Shown here in pieces: positions 46,587 to 54,892 of a DNA stretch of 64,000 nt. Position numbers and translations under genes: made by a program. The stretch comes from Anaerolineae bacterium (GTDB lineage Bacteria > Chloroflexota > Anaerolineae > VGOG01). Within the stretch, counting starts at the first letter, position 1; every line of letters starts with the position of its first letter. The stretch covers positions 24,539 through 88,538 of the forward strand of contig JBAWAP010000323.1 in assembly GCA_049589355.1 (NCBI GenBank), written 5' to 3'. Below the pieces are notes generated by a model. That model was given only the letters and a program-made list of their open reading frames with translations. It had not been told where the DNA came from and made no database searches.

Positions 46587-49500
46587 ATGTTCAAAGAAGT
46601 ACCTAGCAAAGTCAACTTTCCTGAGATGGAGGAGGGCGTCCTCCACTTCTGGAAAGAGAACAAAATCTTCGAGAAGAGCCTGGAGGTGCGCCAGGATGCC
46701 CCTCGCTACGTCTTCTATGAGGGGCCTCCCACGGCCAATGGCCTGCCCGGAACTCACCACGTGCTGGCCCGGGTCTTCAAGGATCTGTTCCCCCGCTATA
46801 AGACAATGCGTGGCTACTTTGTGCTGAGGAAGGGGGGCTGGGACACGCATGGCCTTCCCGTGGAGCTGGAGGTCGAGGAGGAGCTAAATCTCAACAGCAA
46901 ACAGGCCATTGAGGACTACGGCGTAGCCGAGTTTAACGCCCAGTGCCGGGAGAGCGTCTTTCGCTACGTTAAGGAGTGGGAGGAACTGACCGACCGCATC
47001 GGCTTCTGGATTGACATGGAGGATCCCTATGTCACCCTGAAGAATGAATACATCGAATCCGTGTGGTGGATCCTCAAGCAGTTCTCGGATAAAGACCTCA
47101 TCTACCAAGGCTATAGGGTCGTGCCTTATTGTCCGCGCTGCGGCACGCCCCTGTCAGATCACGAGGTGGCTCTAGGCTACGAAGAGGCCGAAGACCCATC
47201 CATCTACGTCAAGTTCCCCCTGAGGGATGAGCCCGGGACCTACTTTCTAGTCTGGACTACCACTCCTTGGACCCTGCCTGGCAACGTGGCCTTGGCCGTC
47301 CATCCCCAGGTCGAGTATGTCATGGTGGAACAGGAAAGGGAAGGCGAGAAGGAGCGGCTGATCCTGGCCAAAGAGTTGCTGGGCGAGGTACTGGAGGGCG
47401 CCTACGAGGTTGTACGAAGCGTGCCAGGTAGGGAGTTGGTTGGGATGCACTATCAGCCCCTGTTCACCTTCTTACCGGTGGAGAAGGACTGTTGCTATGT
47501 AGTCCCTGGCGACTTCGTGACCACCAAGGAGGGCACGGGCATCGTGCACATTGCCCCGGCCTTCGGTGCAGAGGACCTGGAGGTGGGCCAGGATTATGAC
47601 CTGCCTGTGCTACATACCGTTGACCTGCGCGGTGCTTTCATTGACGAGGTCACCCCCTGGCGAGGACTCTTTGTCAAAGACGCCGACCCCCTGATCATCG
47701 AGGATTTGGAGGGTCGCGGACTGATGTACAAGGTGGGGACTTACCGCCACGTCTACCCTTTCTGCTGGCGGTGCGAGACGCCTCTTTTATATTACGCCAA
47801 GGCTACCTGGTACATTGAAACCACCCGTTACCGGGATGAGCTTGTGAATCTCAATCGCCAGATCAATTGGTACCCGGAGCACATCCGCGATGGCCGCTTC
47901 GGCAACTGGTTGGAAAACAACGTAGACTGGGCCCTGGGCCGCGAGCGCTATTGGGGAACGCCCTTGCCTATCTGGGTTTGCGAGGAGTGCAGGCGGCAGG
48001 AGTGCATCGGGAGCGTCGAGGAACTGCAATCCAAGGTTACAGGTTCCAAGTTCCAGGTTCCGGGTTCTGATGAAAACCTGCAACCTGCAACCTGGAACCT
48101 CGAACAATTGGATCTCCACCGTCCATATATTGACCAAGTTACTTACCTCTGTCCAGACTGCGGTGGTGCAATGCGGCGTGTGCCTGAGGTCATAGATGCC
48201 TGGTTTGACTCAGGGTCTATGCCTGTAGCTCAGTGGCACTACCCCTTCGCCAATCGGGAGATGTTCGAGGAACAGTTCCCGGCCGATTTCATCTGCGAGG
48301 CCGTGGATCAGACCAGAGGGTGGTTCTATAGCTTGCACGCTATCTCCACCCTGCTGTTCAACGAGCCCTGTTACAGAAACTGTGTCTGCCTGGGTTTGGT
48401 CCTGGACGCCGAGGGCGAGAAGATGTCCAAGTCCAAAGGCAACGTGGTAGATCCCTGGACGGTTGTGGATGCGCACGGTGCCGATGCCCTGCGCTGGTAC
48501 CTGTATACCGCCACGCCGCCAGGCAACGATCGCCGCTTCTCCGTTGAGCTGGTGGGCGACGTAATCCGAACTTTCATGCTGACCTTGTGGAATGTGTACT
48601 CTTTCTTCGTGACCTATGCCAACATTGATGGCTGGCAACCAAGCGGTAGATTCGTAACCGGTAAATTAGTGAATTCGGATGTAGACGAGTCTACGAATCC
48701 CGAATTTACGAATCCCGAATCCACGAATCCCGAGTTTACGAGTCTACCCGCCCTTGATCGCTGGATCCTCTCAGAACTACATCTCCTTATCCAGTGTGTC
48801 ACCAATGCTCTGGAAAGCTACGACGTGACTGGAGCGGCCCGACCTTTCCAGCGCTTCGTTGATGACCTCTCCAATTGGTATGTGCGTCGCAGCCGACGAC
48901 GCTTCTGGAAGGGCGAGGAGGACGAGGACAAGGCGACCGCCTACTCTACCCTCTACGAGTGCCTGACCACCCTGGCCAAGTTGCTGGCCCCGTTCATGCC
49001 CTTCATCGCCGAGGAGATGTACCAGAACCTGGTGAGGAGTGTTGACGGGACAGCGCCGGAAAGCGTCCATCTCTGCGACTACCCCCAAGCCCGCGAGGAG
49101 GTCATAGACCAGGAGCTGGTGGAGGATACGCGGCTGGTCATGCGCCTGGTGAGCCTGGGGCACGGAGCCCGCAACCAGGCCGGGCTCAAACTGCGCCAAC
49201 CCCTGGCCCAGGCCCTGTTCAGGGTGCGGAGCGAAAGCGAGGCCGAGTCCCTGCGCCGTCTGGCCGATCAGGTACTGGATGAGCTTAACGTTAGGGAATT
49301 GGTCCTCTTGGAGGATGCCGGCCAAGTGGTTGACTACCGCGTAACCCCTGTGTCGCGTCTCTTGGGCAGCAGGTATGGTGCTCTCTTCCCCAAGATCCGG
49401 ACAGCTTTGGCCAAGCTGGATCACGCTGAGCTGGCCCGGCACGTGCAGGCTGGCGAGAGCATCGCTCTGGAGGTCGAAGGGCAGACTGTTGACCTTCTGC

Positions 49501-49868
49501 CTGAGGAGTTGGAAGTGCGAACCGAGGCTAAAGAGGGCTACGCTGTAGTCGAGGAGGCTGGCTACCTGGCGGCCATCAGCACTACTCTAGATGAGGATCT
49601 GATCAAAGAAGGCCTGGCCCGGGAGCTGGTGCGGCGCATCCAGACCATGCGCAAGGAGGCTGGCTTCCGCATCGAAGATCGCATCACCACCTACTACCAG
49701 GCTGGCCCGGCCCTGTGGGAGGTGGTGGAGAACCTCGGCCAGTACATCAAGGGAGAGACGCTCTCCACAAAGTTGATCGAAGGTGAGCCGCCAGCCGAGG
49801 CCCATGCTCAGACCTTCGAAATCGAGGGTGAGGAGATCACCTTGGGCCTGGTAAGGTTTGAGCTTTGA
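46587..49868 (+). CDS. ileS: Isoleucyl-tRNA synthetase (type 2 architecture) with two repeat-encoded inserts
   Basis: PTANGLPGTHHVLAR (HIGH region), KMSKSKGN, CP1 editing domain. 1093 aa. Confidence 0.95.
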   Translation: MFKEVPSKVNFPEMEEGVLHFWKENKIFEKSLEVRQDAPRYVFYEGPPTANGLPGTHHVLARVFKDLFPRYKTMRGYFVLRKGGWDTHGLPVELEVEEELNLNSKQAIEDYGVAEFNAQCRESVFRYVKEWEELTDRIGFWIDMEDPYVTLKNEYIESVWWILKQFSDKDLIYQGYRVVPYCPRCGTPLSDHEVALGYEEAEDPSIYVKFPLRDEPGTYFLVWTTTPWTLPGNVALAVHPQVEYVMVEQEREGEKERLILAKELLGEVLEGAYEVVRSVPGRELVGMHYQPLFTFLPVEKDCCYVVPGDFVTTKEGTGIVHIAPAFGAEDLEVGQDYDLPVLHTVDLRGAFIDEVTPWRGLFVKDADPLIIEDLEGRGLMYKVGTYRHVYPFCWRCETPLLYYAKATWYIETTRYRDELVNLNRQINWYPEHIRDGRFGNWLENNVDWALGRERYWGTPLPIWVCEECRRQECIGSVEELQSKVTGSKFQVPGSDENLQPATWNLEQLDLHRPYIDQVTYLCPDCGGAMRRVPEVIDAWFDSGSMPVAQWHYPFANREMFEEQFPADFICEAVDQTRGWFYSLHAISTLLFNEPCYRNCVCLGLVLDAEGEKMSKSKGNVVDPWTVVDAHGADALRWYLYTATPPGNDRRFSVELVGDVIRTFMLTLWNVYSFFVTYANIDGWQPSGRFVTGKLVNSDVDESTNPEFTNPESTNPEFTSLPALDRWILSELHLLIQCVTNALESYDVTGAARPFQRFVDDLSNWYVRRSRRRFWKGEEDEDKATAYSTLYECLTTLAKLLAPFMPFIAEEMYQNLVRSVDGTAPESVHLCDYPQAREEVIDQELVEDTRLVMRLVSLGHGARNQAGLKLRQPLAQALFRVRSESEAESLRRLADQVLDELNVRELVLLEDAGQVVDYRVTPVSRLLGSRYGALFPKIRTALAKLDHAELARHVQAGESIALEVEGQTVDLLPEELEVRTEAKEGYAVVEEAGYLAAISTTLDEDLIKEGLARELVRRIQTMRKEAGFRIEDRITTYYQAGPALWEVVENLGQYIKGETLSTKLIEGEPPAEAHAQTFEIEGEEITLGLVRFEL
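48033..48105. repeat. Heptamer hairpin inside ileS (AGGTTCC units facing GGAACCT/GCAACCT units)
   Basis: AAGGTTACAGGTTCCAAGTTCCAGGTTCCGGGTTC...GAAAACCTGCAACCTGCAACCTGGAACCTCGAAC. Translated as KVTGSKFQVPGSDENLQPATWNLE. Confidence 0.85.
48645..48748. repeat. Heptamer hairpin inside ileS (ACGAATC/CCGAATT units)
   Basis: GGTAGATTCGTAA...TTACGAGTCTACC outer stem (12/13) and inner palindrome GTAGAC-GA-GTCTAC. Translated as GRFVTGKLVNSDVDESTNPEFTNPESTNPEFTSLP. Confidence 0.85.
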
Positions 49869-49895
49869 AGTTTGGAGTTTGAAGTTTAGAATGAT

Positions 49896-49924
49896 TTGCT
49901 TTTTTGATGACAATCGAGTAGAAT
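49896..49924 (+). promoter_or_regulatory. sigma70-type promoter (TTGCTT-17 nt-TAGAAT)
   Basis: Read directly, upstream of the DksA/TraR-like gene. Confidence 0.5.
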
Positions 49925-49963
49925 ACACTTCAAGTCGGCCTGATAGTGAATTAGGAGGGGGTT

Positions 49964-50308
49964 GTGATGGGTAGGGCTGATGAATCGTTCAGAAAGCGGC
50001 TCGAAGAGGAGCGCAGAAGCCTGATAGCACAACTGGAGCGGTTGGGTGTGACGGAGCAGGAAAACCCTGGCTACAGCACCCACATAGCCGATGATGCTAC
50101 CGAGGTTTACGAAAACGCTAAGAACCACGCATTACGTCAGAATCTACAGCGTCTCCTGGGCCGAGTGAACGATGCCCTGACGAAATTTGATAAAGGCACC
50201 TATGGGCTGTGCGATGACTGCGGCGGAAGTATAGATCGGGCACGTTTGAAGGCTCTTCCTTACGCCACCCTGTGCATCCAGTGCCAGCAGCAGCGCGAGA
50301 GATCATAG
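49964..50308 (+). CDS. DksA/TraR-family C4 zinc-finger protein
   Basis: CDDCGGSIDRARLKALPYATLCIQC. 114 aa. Confidence 0.8.
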   Translation: MMGRADESFRKRLEEERRSLIAQLERLGVTEQENPGYSTHIADDATEVYENAKNHALRQNLQRLLGRVNDALTKFDKGTYGLCDDCGGSIDRARLKALPYATLCIQCQQQRERS

Positions 50309-50367
50309 AGAACCTGTACCGAGCCTGTCGAAGAGGGGGAGTTTACCTTTTGCTTCGTGAGAAGTGG

Positions 50368-50859
50368 ATGAGGTTCCTCTTGCCAGGGGTCGCCATTCTC
50401 ACCCTGGTGATTGACCAAATCAGCAAGCGGGTGGTGATGACCGGCCTGAGGCTAGGCGAGTCCTGGAATCCCATGGCTGCTCTAGAGCATTGGGTGAGCC
50501 TGACTTACGTGACTAACACGGGGGCCGCCTTCGGTCTGTTTCCCGATCACGGGGTTCTGTTCATGATCATCGCCATGGCGGTGGTAGCGGTCATTGTCTT
50601 CTACTACCGCTACTTGCCGGGCGATCGGTGGTTGATTCAGGCTAGCCTGGGGCTGCAGTTGGGCGGAGCTCTGGGCAACTTGCTGGATCGTCTGTGCTAT
50701 GGCCGCGTCATAGACTTTATTGACTTCAAGATCTGGCCCATCTTCAACCTGGCCGACAGTGCCGTCGTGGTGGGAGTGGTGATACTGGCCTATCATCTCC
50801 TACGAGGTGAGAGCTTCCATGCTAAAGGTTCGGAGGTACCCAGCAAATTCAATCTGTGA
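50368..50859 (+). CDS. lspA: Lipoprotein signal peptidase (signal peptidase II)
   Basis: DQISK, NTGAAFG and FNLADS motifs. Start set to ATG 50368 (start uncertain). Confidence 0.85.
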   Translation: MRFLLPGVAILTLVIDQISKRVVMTGLRLGESWNPMAALEHWVSLTYVTNTGAAFGLFPDHGVLFMIIAMAVVAVIVFYYRYLPGDRWLIQASLGLQLGGALGNLLDRLCYGRVIDFIDFKIWPIFNLADSAVVVGVVILAYHLLRGESFHAKGSEVPSKFNL

Positions 50860-50912
50860 TGCCTCTTTGTATGGGCTGATGGAGGTTCATCAGGAGTTAA
50901 GCATACGCAATT

Positions 50913-51497
50913 ATGAATAAGGAGAGGGATACGAGCCCCTCTAACATGAGACGGGGTATTATTGTCTCGTTGTTGATAGCCGCGCTAGTTGTGTTAGCTG
51001 ACCAATTAACTAAGTCTCTGATCATTAGGTACTTGGATTGGGGGGAGACTTGGAACCCAATCCCATCTTTGAGATGGTTGGTCAATCTTACGCCCGTAAT
51101 TAACGAGGGCGGGGTTTGCGGCTATTTTCAAGGCTCTGGGTTGCGTTTCATCATAGTTGGTATTGTTGTTATTGGAGTCATGCCCATCTTATGGCGCTCT
51201 TTGCCCGTCAATCGAGCTTTGATAAGAGTGAGTCTTGGTCTGCTATTGGCAGGTGCAGTAGGAAACCTCCTCGATCGCTGGCGCTTTGGTTACGTCATTG
51301 ATTTTATTTCCGTTGAGTCAATATCTTGGCCTGCTTTTAACATCGCCGATAGTGCTAATGTAATAGGAACCTTAATTCTCGGCTATTATCTGCTCCATGA
51401 GCAGGAAGAAGAGAAGGGAGAGGGAGCACAGCTCAGAGCATCGTGGAAATTCATCGTGCTGGCGTTGGGAGTAGGGCTTTTGGCATTCTACTTTTGA
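50913..51497 (+). CDS. Second signal peptidase II paralog (low GC)
   Basis: ADQLTKSLI, GNLLDRWRFGYVIDFI and FNIADSA motifs. The NTGAAFG motif is replaced by NEGGVCGYF. GC is visibly lower than in lspA. Confidence 0.75.
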   Translation: MNKERDTSPSNMRRGIIVSLLIAALVVLADQLTKSLIIRYLDWGETWNPIPSLRWLVNLTPVINEGGVCGYFQGSGLRFIIVGIVVIGVMPILWRSLPVNRALIRVSLGLLLAGAVGNLLDRWRFGYVIDFISVESISWPAFNIADSANVIGTLILGYYLLHEQEEEKGEGAQLRASWKFIVLALGVGLLAFYF

Positions 51498-51648
51498 GTG
51501 ATCAGGTTGCGATAAGGCAACGAGAAAGCGGCGGTCGTCGCGGAAGGTCCAGAAGCCTGGAGGCACTGCAAAAAATTGAGTGGGGGAAGTGGGGGCTCTC
51601 TCCATTTCCCCCTTTTGTTTTTAATAGTCTCGTGAGACTGGAGCCAGG

Positions 51649-52650
51649 ATGATGACAGGGCAAATCATTAGACTCCTAGCGGCCGAAGGCGGCCAGCGTT
51701 TGGACAAGTACATTGTCAACGAGATTTCCGAGCTCTCCCGTTCCATGGTGCAGAGGCTCATTAAGGAGGGACGAGTGACCGTGGGCGGCGAGGCGACCAA
51801 GCCGAGCTACCCGGTACAGGAGGGTGACGAGATCGTGGTGCGCGTGCCGCCGCCAGAGCCCACCGAGGTCAAGCCAGAGGCAATCCCCTTGGATATCGTC
51901 TACGAGGACGAAGACATCATCGTAGTGAACAAACCGGCGGGGATGGTGGTGCACCCTGCCTACGGCCACCGTACAGGGACTCTGGTCAACGCCATCTTAG
52001 CCCATTGCCCGGGCCTGGCTGGGATAGAGGGTGACGGCTCGACTGAGCCTGTCCTGAGCGTAGCCGAAGGGCTCGCCGAAGTCCTGCGGCCGGGCATCGT
52101 CCACCGCCTGGACAAGGATACCTCAGGCCTGATCATCGTGGCCAAGAATGATTCGGCCCGTCGGCACCTCCAGCACCAGTTCAAGCGTCGGGAGGTGAAG
52201 AAGGTTTACGTAGCTTTGTTGGAGGGACGCCTGGAGCCAGCGCGGGGTGTCATTGAGGCTCCCATTGGGCGGGACAAGAAGCGCCGCAGGCGCATGGCCG
52301 TGGTGGAGGGGGGGCGTGAGGCCCGCACCGAGTACCGGGTCGTGGAGTATTTTGGTGATAAGGTGAGCAAGGTGTCCCGTCCCTACACCTTGGTGGAAGC
52401 CGAGCCCAAGACCGGCCGCACCCATCAAGTGCGCGTCCACTTTGCCTCCATCGGCCACCCCCTGGCTGGGGACTCCGTCTACGGCTTCCGCAAGCAGCGG
52501 CTGAGTGACTTGCGACGTCAATTCCTCCACGCTCGAACCCTCGGTTTTCGCCTGCCCGGCAGCGACGAGTACATCGAGCTCTCGACCGACTTGCCTGACG
52601 ATCTCAGGGTGGTGTTGGAGGAGTTGAGGCGTTCCTCAGTTCCTCGTTGA
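51649..52650 (+). CDS. rluD: 23S rRNA pseudouridine synthase, RluD family
   Basis: S4 domain and HRLDKDTSG catalytic motif. Carries an insert EGDGSTEPVLSVAEGLAEVL just before the catalytic motif. Confidence 0.9.
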   Translation: MMTGQIIRLLAAEGGQRLDKYIVNEISELSRSMVQRLIKEGRVTVGGEATKPSYPVQEGDEIVVRVPPPEPTEVKPEAIPLDIVYEDEDIIVVNKPAGMVVHPAYGHRTGTLVNAILAHCPGLAGIEGDGSTEPVLSVAEGLAEVLRPGIVHRLDKDTSGLIIVAKNDSARRHLQHQFKRREVKKVYVALLEGRLEPARGVIEAPIGRDKKRRRRMAVVEGGREARTEYRVVEYFGDKVSKVSRPYTLVEAEPKTGRTHQVRVHFASIGHPLAGDSVYGFRKQRLSDLRRQFLHARTLGFRLPGSDEYIELSTDLPDDLRVVLEELRRSSVPR

Positions 52651-52675
52651 CTTGTCTGCCGCTTTGTGATAGAAT
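52647..52675 (+). promoter_or_regulatory. sigma70-type promoter (TTGACT-17 nt-TAGAAT) of the vapBC-like module
   Basis: Overlaps the rluD stop. The spacer sequence is nearly identical to that of the promoter at 54520. Confidence 0.55.
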
Positions 52676-52705
52676 GGGCACATCCGCAAATGGGGGTGAG
52701 AAACG

Positions 52706-52987
52706 ATGAGCACAGTCGTGACTTTGGAGTTGCCAGATAGCGTATATCAGCCACTGGTGAAAATAGCGGAGAAAACGGGTAAGCCACTGGAGGAGTGGAT
52801 TCTGGCGCAGCTTTGGGCCCGCGTGCCACGGGTGGTGCTGTCTGAGCGGGAACGCGCTGAAGCTATGGCGCGGCTGATGGGGCACGCGGGCGCAGTTAAT
52901 TTAGGCCATCCGACAGGCGCGGACAACGAGAGCATTGACGTTGATCTGGCGCAGGAATACAGTAGCATGCACGAGGTGCAGTCGTGA
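52706..52987 (+). CDS. Antitoxin of a PIN-toxin module
   Basis: 93 aa. 4-nt overlap with the downstream PIN gene. Confidence 0.6.
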   Translation: MSTVVTLELPDSVYQPLVKIAEKTGKPLEEWILAQLWARVPRVVLSERERAEAMARLMGHAGAVNLGHPTGADNESIDVDLAQEYSSMHEVQS

Positions 52988-53382
52988 TGTTGCTGGATAC
53001 GTCGGGGCTGTTGTGTTTCCACCACGCTGCTGAACCACAACACGAGGAGGCGGTGACCTTCTTTCATGCCGCGCCCGCTCGTATTACTCACAGTTATGTG
53101 CTGGCAGAGTTTGTTGCTCTGGCCGTGGCGCGCCGTCTGCCTCGTCAAGCGGCATTGGCATTTGTGGCCGAGTTGCAAGACAACCCACTGGTCCAGGTTG
53201 TCTATGTAGACGAGCCTTTGCACCGAGAGGCTCTTGTGCTCCTGCAGCAACGCCTGGACAAGACGTGGACCCTGTGTGATGCGGTAAGCTTCTTGCTGAT
53301 GCAGCAGCGAGGCATCGTCGAAGCCCTAACTACTGACGCTCACTTCGAACAGGCGGGCTTCATACGGTTGCTACACCCTTGA
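52984..53382 (+). CDS. vapC: PIN-domain toxin (VapC-like)
   Basis: MLLDTSGLL start with the conserved Asp, plus later acidic residues (VLAEF, TTDAHF). 132 aa. Confidence 0.75.
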   Translation: MMLLDTSGLLCFHHAAEPQHEEAVTFFHAAPARITHSYVLAEFVALAVARRLPRQAALAFVAELQDNPLVQVVYVDEPLHREALVLLQQRLDKTWTLCDAVSFLLMQQRGIVEALTTDAHFEQAGFIRLLHP

Positions 53383-53495
53383 CACAATGACGTTCGGCGC
53401 CTCGTAGGCCAAAAAGTTGGTGAAGCAAACGCCTCGCCTCCATCCTCAGGACCTCGTTACTTGTTGCTCGTTGCCTCGTTACTCGGAGCACCAAG

Positions 53496-54509
53496 ATGCA
53501 CAAAGCATACTTCAGAAAAGCCTTGCTCCAAGAGAGGGCCAACGGCCAAGTACGCTGCCTGACCTGCGAGCGGCGGTGCGAGGTAGCGGAGGGCGGCCTG
53601 GGCTGGTGTCGCACCCGGCAAAACGAGGACGGCACTCTTTACACTCTCATCTACGGTAACGTTTCGTCCCTCTCAGCCAACCCCATCGAGAAGAAGCCCC
53701 TCTATCATTTCTACCCCGGCAGCGTGGCCCTGACGGCCGGCAGTTGGAGCTGCAACTTCAACTGCCCCTGGTGCCAGAACTGGAACATCTCCAAATTTCC
53801 GCCTCGCCCTGGACGCTACATGTCCCCAGAGGATTTCATCGCCGAGACAGTGCGCCGTGGCTGTCAGGGCACCTCCATCAGCTTCAACGAGCCCACCCTC
53901 TCCCTGGAATGGTCTCTCGACGTGTTCGAGCTTGCCCGCCAGCGGGGCCTCTACAACACCTACGTGACCAACGGCTACATGACCCCTGACGCGCTGGAGC
54001 TGCTGATCGAGGCGGGTCTGGATGCCATGAACGTGGACATCAAAGGGGACGCGGCGGCGGTCAAAAAGCACTGCGGGACCGACGTGGAGAAGGTCTGGCG
54101 GAACTGCCGGGAGGCCAAGAAGGCGGGGGTGCACATTGAGGTCACTACCCTGGTGATACCGACCGTCAACGACGACGAAGGGGTTTTGCGGGGCATCGCC
54201 AGGCGCATCCGCGAGGAGCTGGGCGCCGATACCCCCTGGCACTGCAGCGGCTACTACCCCGCCTACAAATTCACCGTCCCGCCCACGCCGCTGCACACCC
54301 TGGAGCGAGCCCACGACCTCGGCAGGGAGGAGGGGCTGGACTTTATCTATGTGGGCAACGTACTGGGGCATCCGTACGAGCACACCTATTGTCCGGGGTG
54401 CGGGGAGTTGCTGATCCGGCGGCGGGGATTGAGCGTGAGCCAGAATAGGTTGGAGGACAAGAAATGCCCCCAGTGCGGGCTGACCATTCCGGTGGTGATG
54501 GGCACTTGA
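53496..54509 (+). CDS. AmmeMemoRadiSam-system radical SAM enzyme
   Basis: CERRCEV...GWC N-terminal Cys motif, NPIEKKPLYHF, and CNFNCPWCQNW cluster. 337 aa. Confidence 0.8.
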   Translation: MHKAYFRKALLQERANGQVRCLTCERRCEVAEGGLGWCRTRQNEDGTLYTLIYGNVSSLSANPIEKKPLYHFYPGSVALTAGSWSCNFNCPWCQNWNISKFPPRPGRYMSPEDFIAETVRRGCQGTSISFNEPTLSLEWSLDVFELARQRGLYNTYVTNGYMTPDALELLIEAGLDAMNVDIKGDAAAVKKHCGTDVEKVWRNCREAKKAGVHIEVTTLVIPTVNDDEGVLRGIARRIREELGADTPWHCSGYYPAYKFTVPPTPLHTLERAHDLGREEGLDFIYVGNVLGHPYEHTYCPGCGELLIRRRGLSVSQNRLEDKKCPQCGLTIPVVMGT

Positions 54510-54519
54510 TGGTCGAGCA

Positions 54520-54548
54520 TTGACTTGTCTGCTGCCTTGTGCTAAAAT
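54520..54548 (+). promoter_or_regulatory. sigma70-type promoter (TTGACT-17 nt-TAAAAT)
   Basis: TTGACTTGTCTGCTGCCTTGTGCTAAAAT compares with TTGACTTGTCTGCCGCTTTGTGATAGAAT at 52647. Confidence 0.55.
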
Positions 54549-54592
54549 AGGTCAAGGGAAGGCTAGTCGGAGTGGGTAGAAAGGAGAGAGGT

Positions 54593-54892
54593 ATGGAAAG
54601 AATTGCACTGAGAACTCAATTCTCCACCGGGGTTAATTGGGATGAAGTCCGCAAGGTTCTGAGCAGCGCGCTGCGTAACGAGACTGAGCTGGCCAACGCG
54701 CGACGCACTTACTTTGAACGCGCTTGCCGTGCTTTTGAACAGCAATACCAGATGTCTTCTGAAGAGTTTATGCAGCAATTTGAATCAGGCGCGCTGGGTG
54801 ACGATGCCGACTATTTTGATTGGTATGCGGCCAAACGTGGCCTCGACCTGTGGGAGCGACGCTTTCACATCTTGTCAGGAGTCCAGGTTTGA
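54593..54892 (+). CDS. Small antitoxin-like protein
   Basis: 99 aa from ATG 54593 behind AAGGAGAGAGG. Its stop overlaps the TTG start of the next ORF. Confidence 0.45.
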   Translation: MERIALRTQFSTGVNWDEVRKVLSSALRNETELANARRTYFERACRAFEQQYQMSSEEFMQQFESGALGDDADYFDWYAAKRGLDLWERRFHILSGVQV

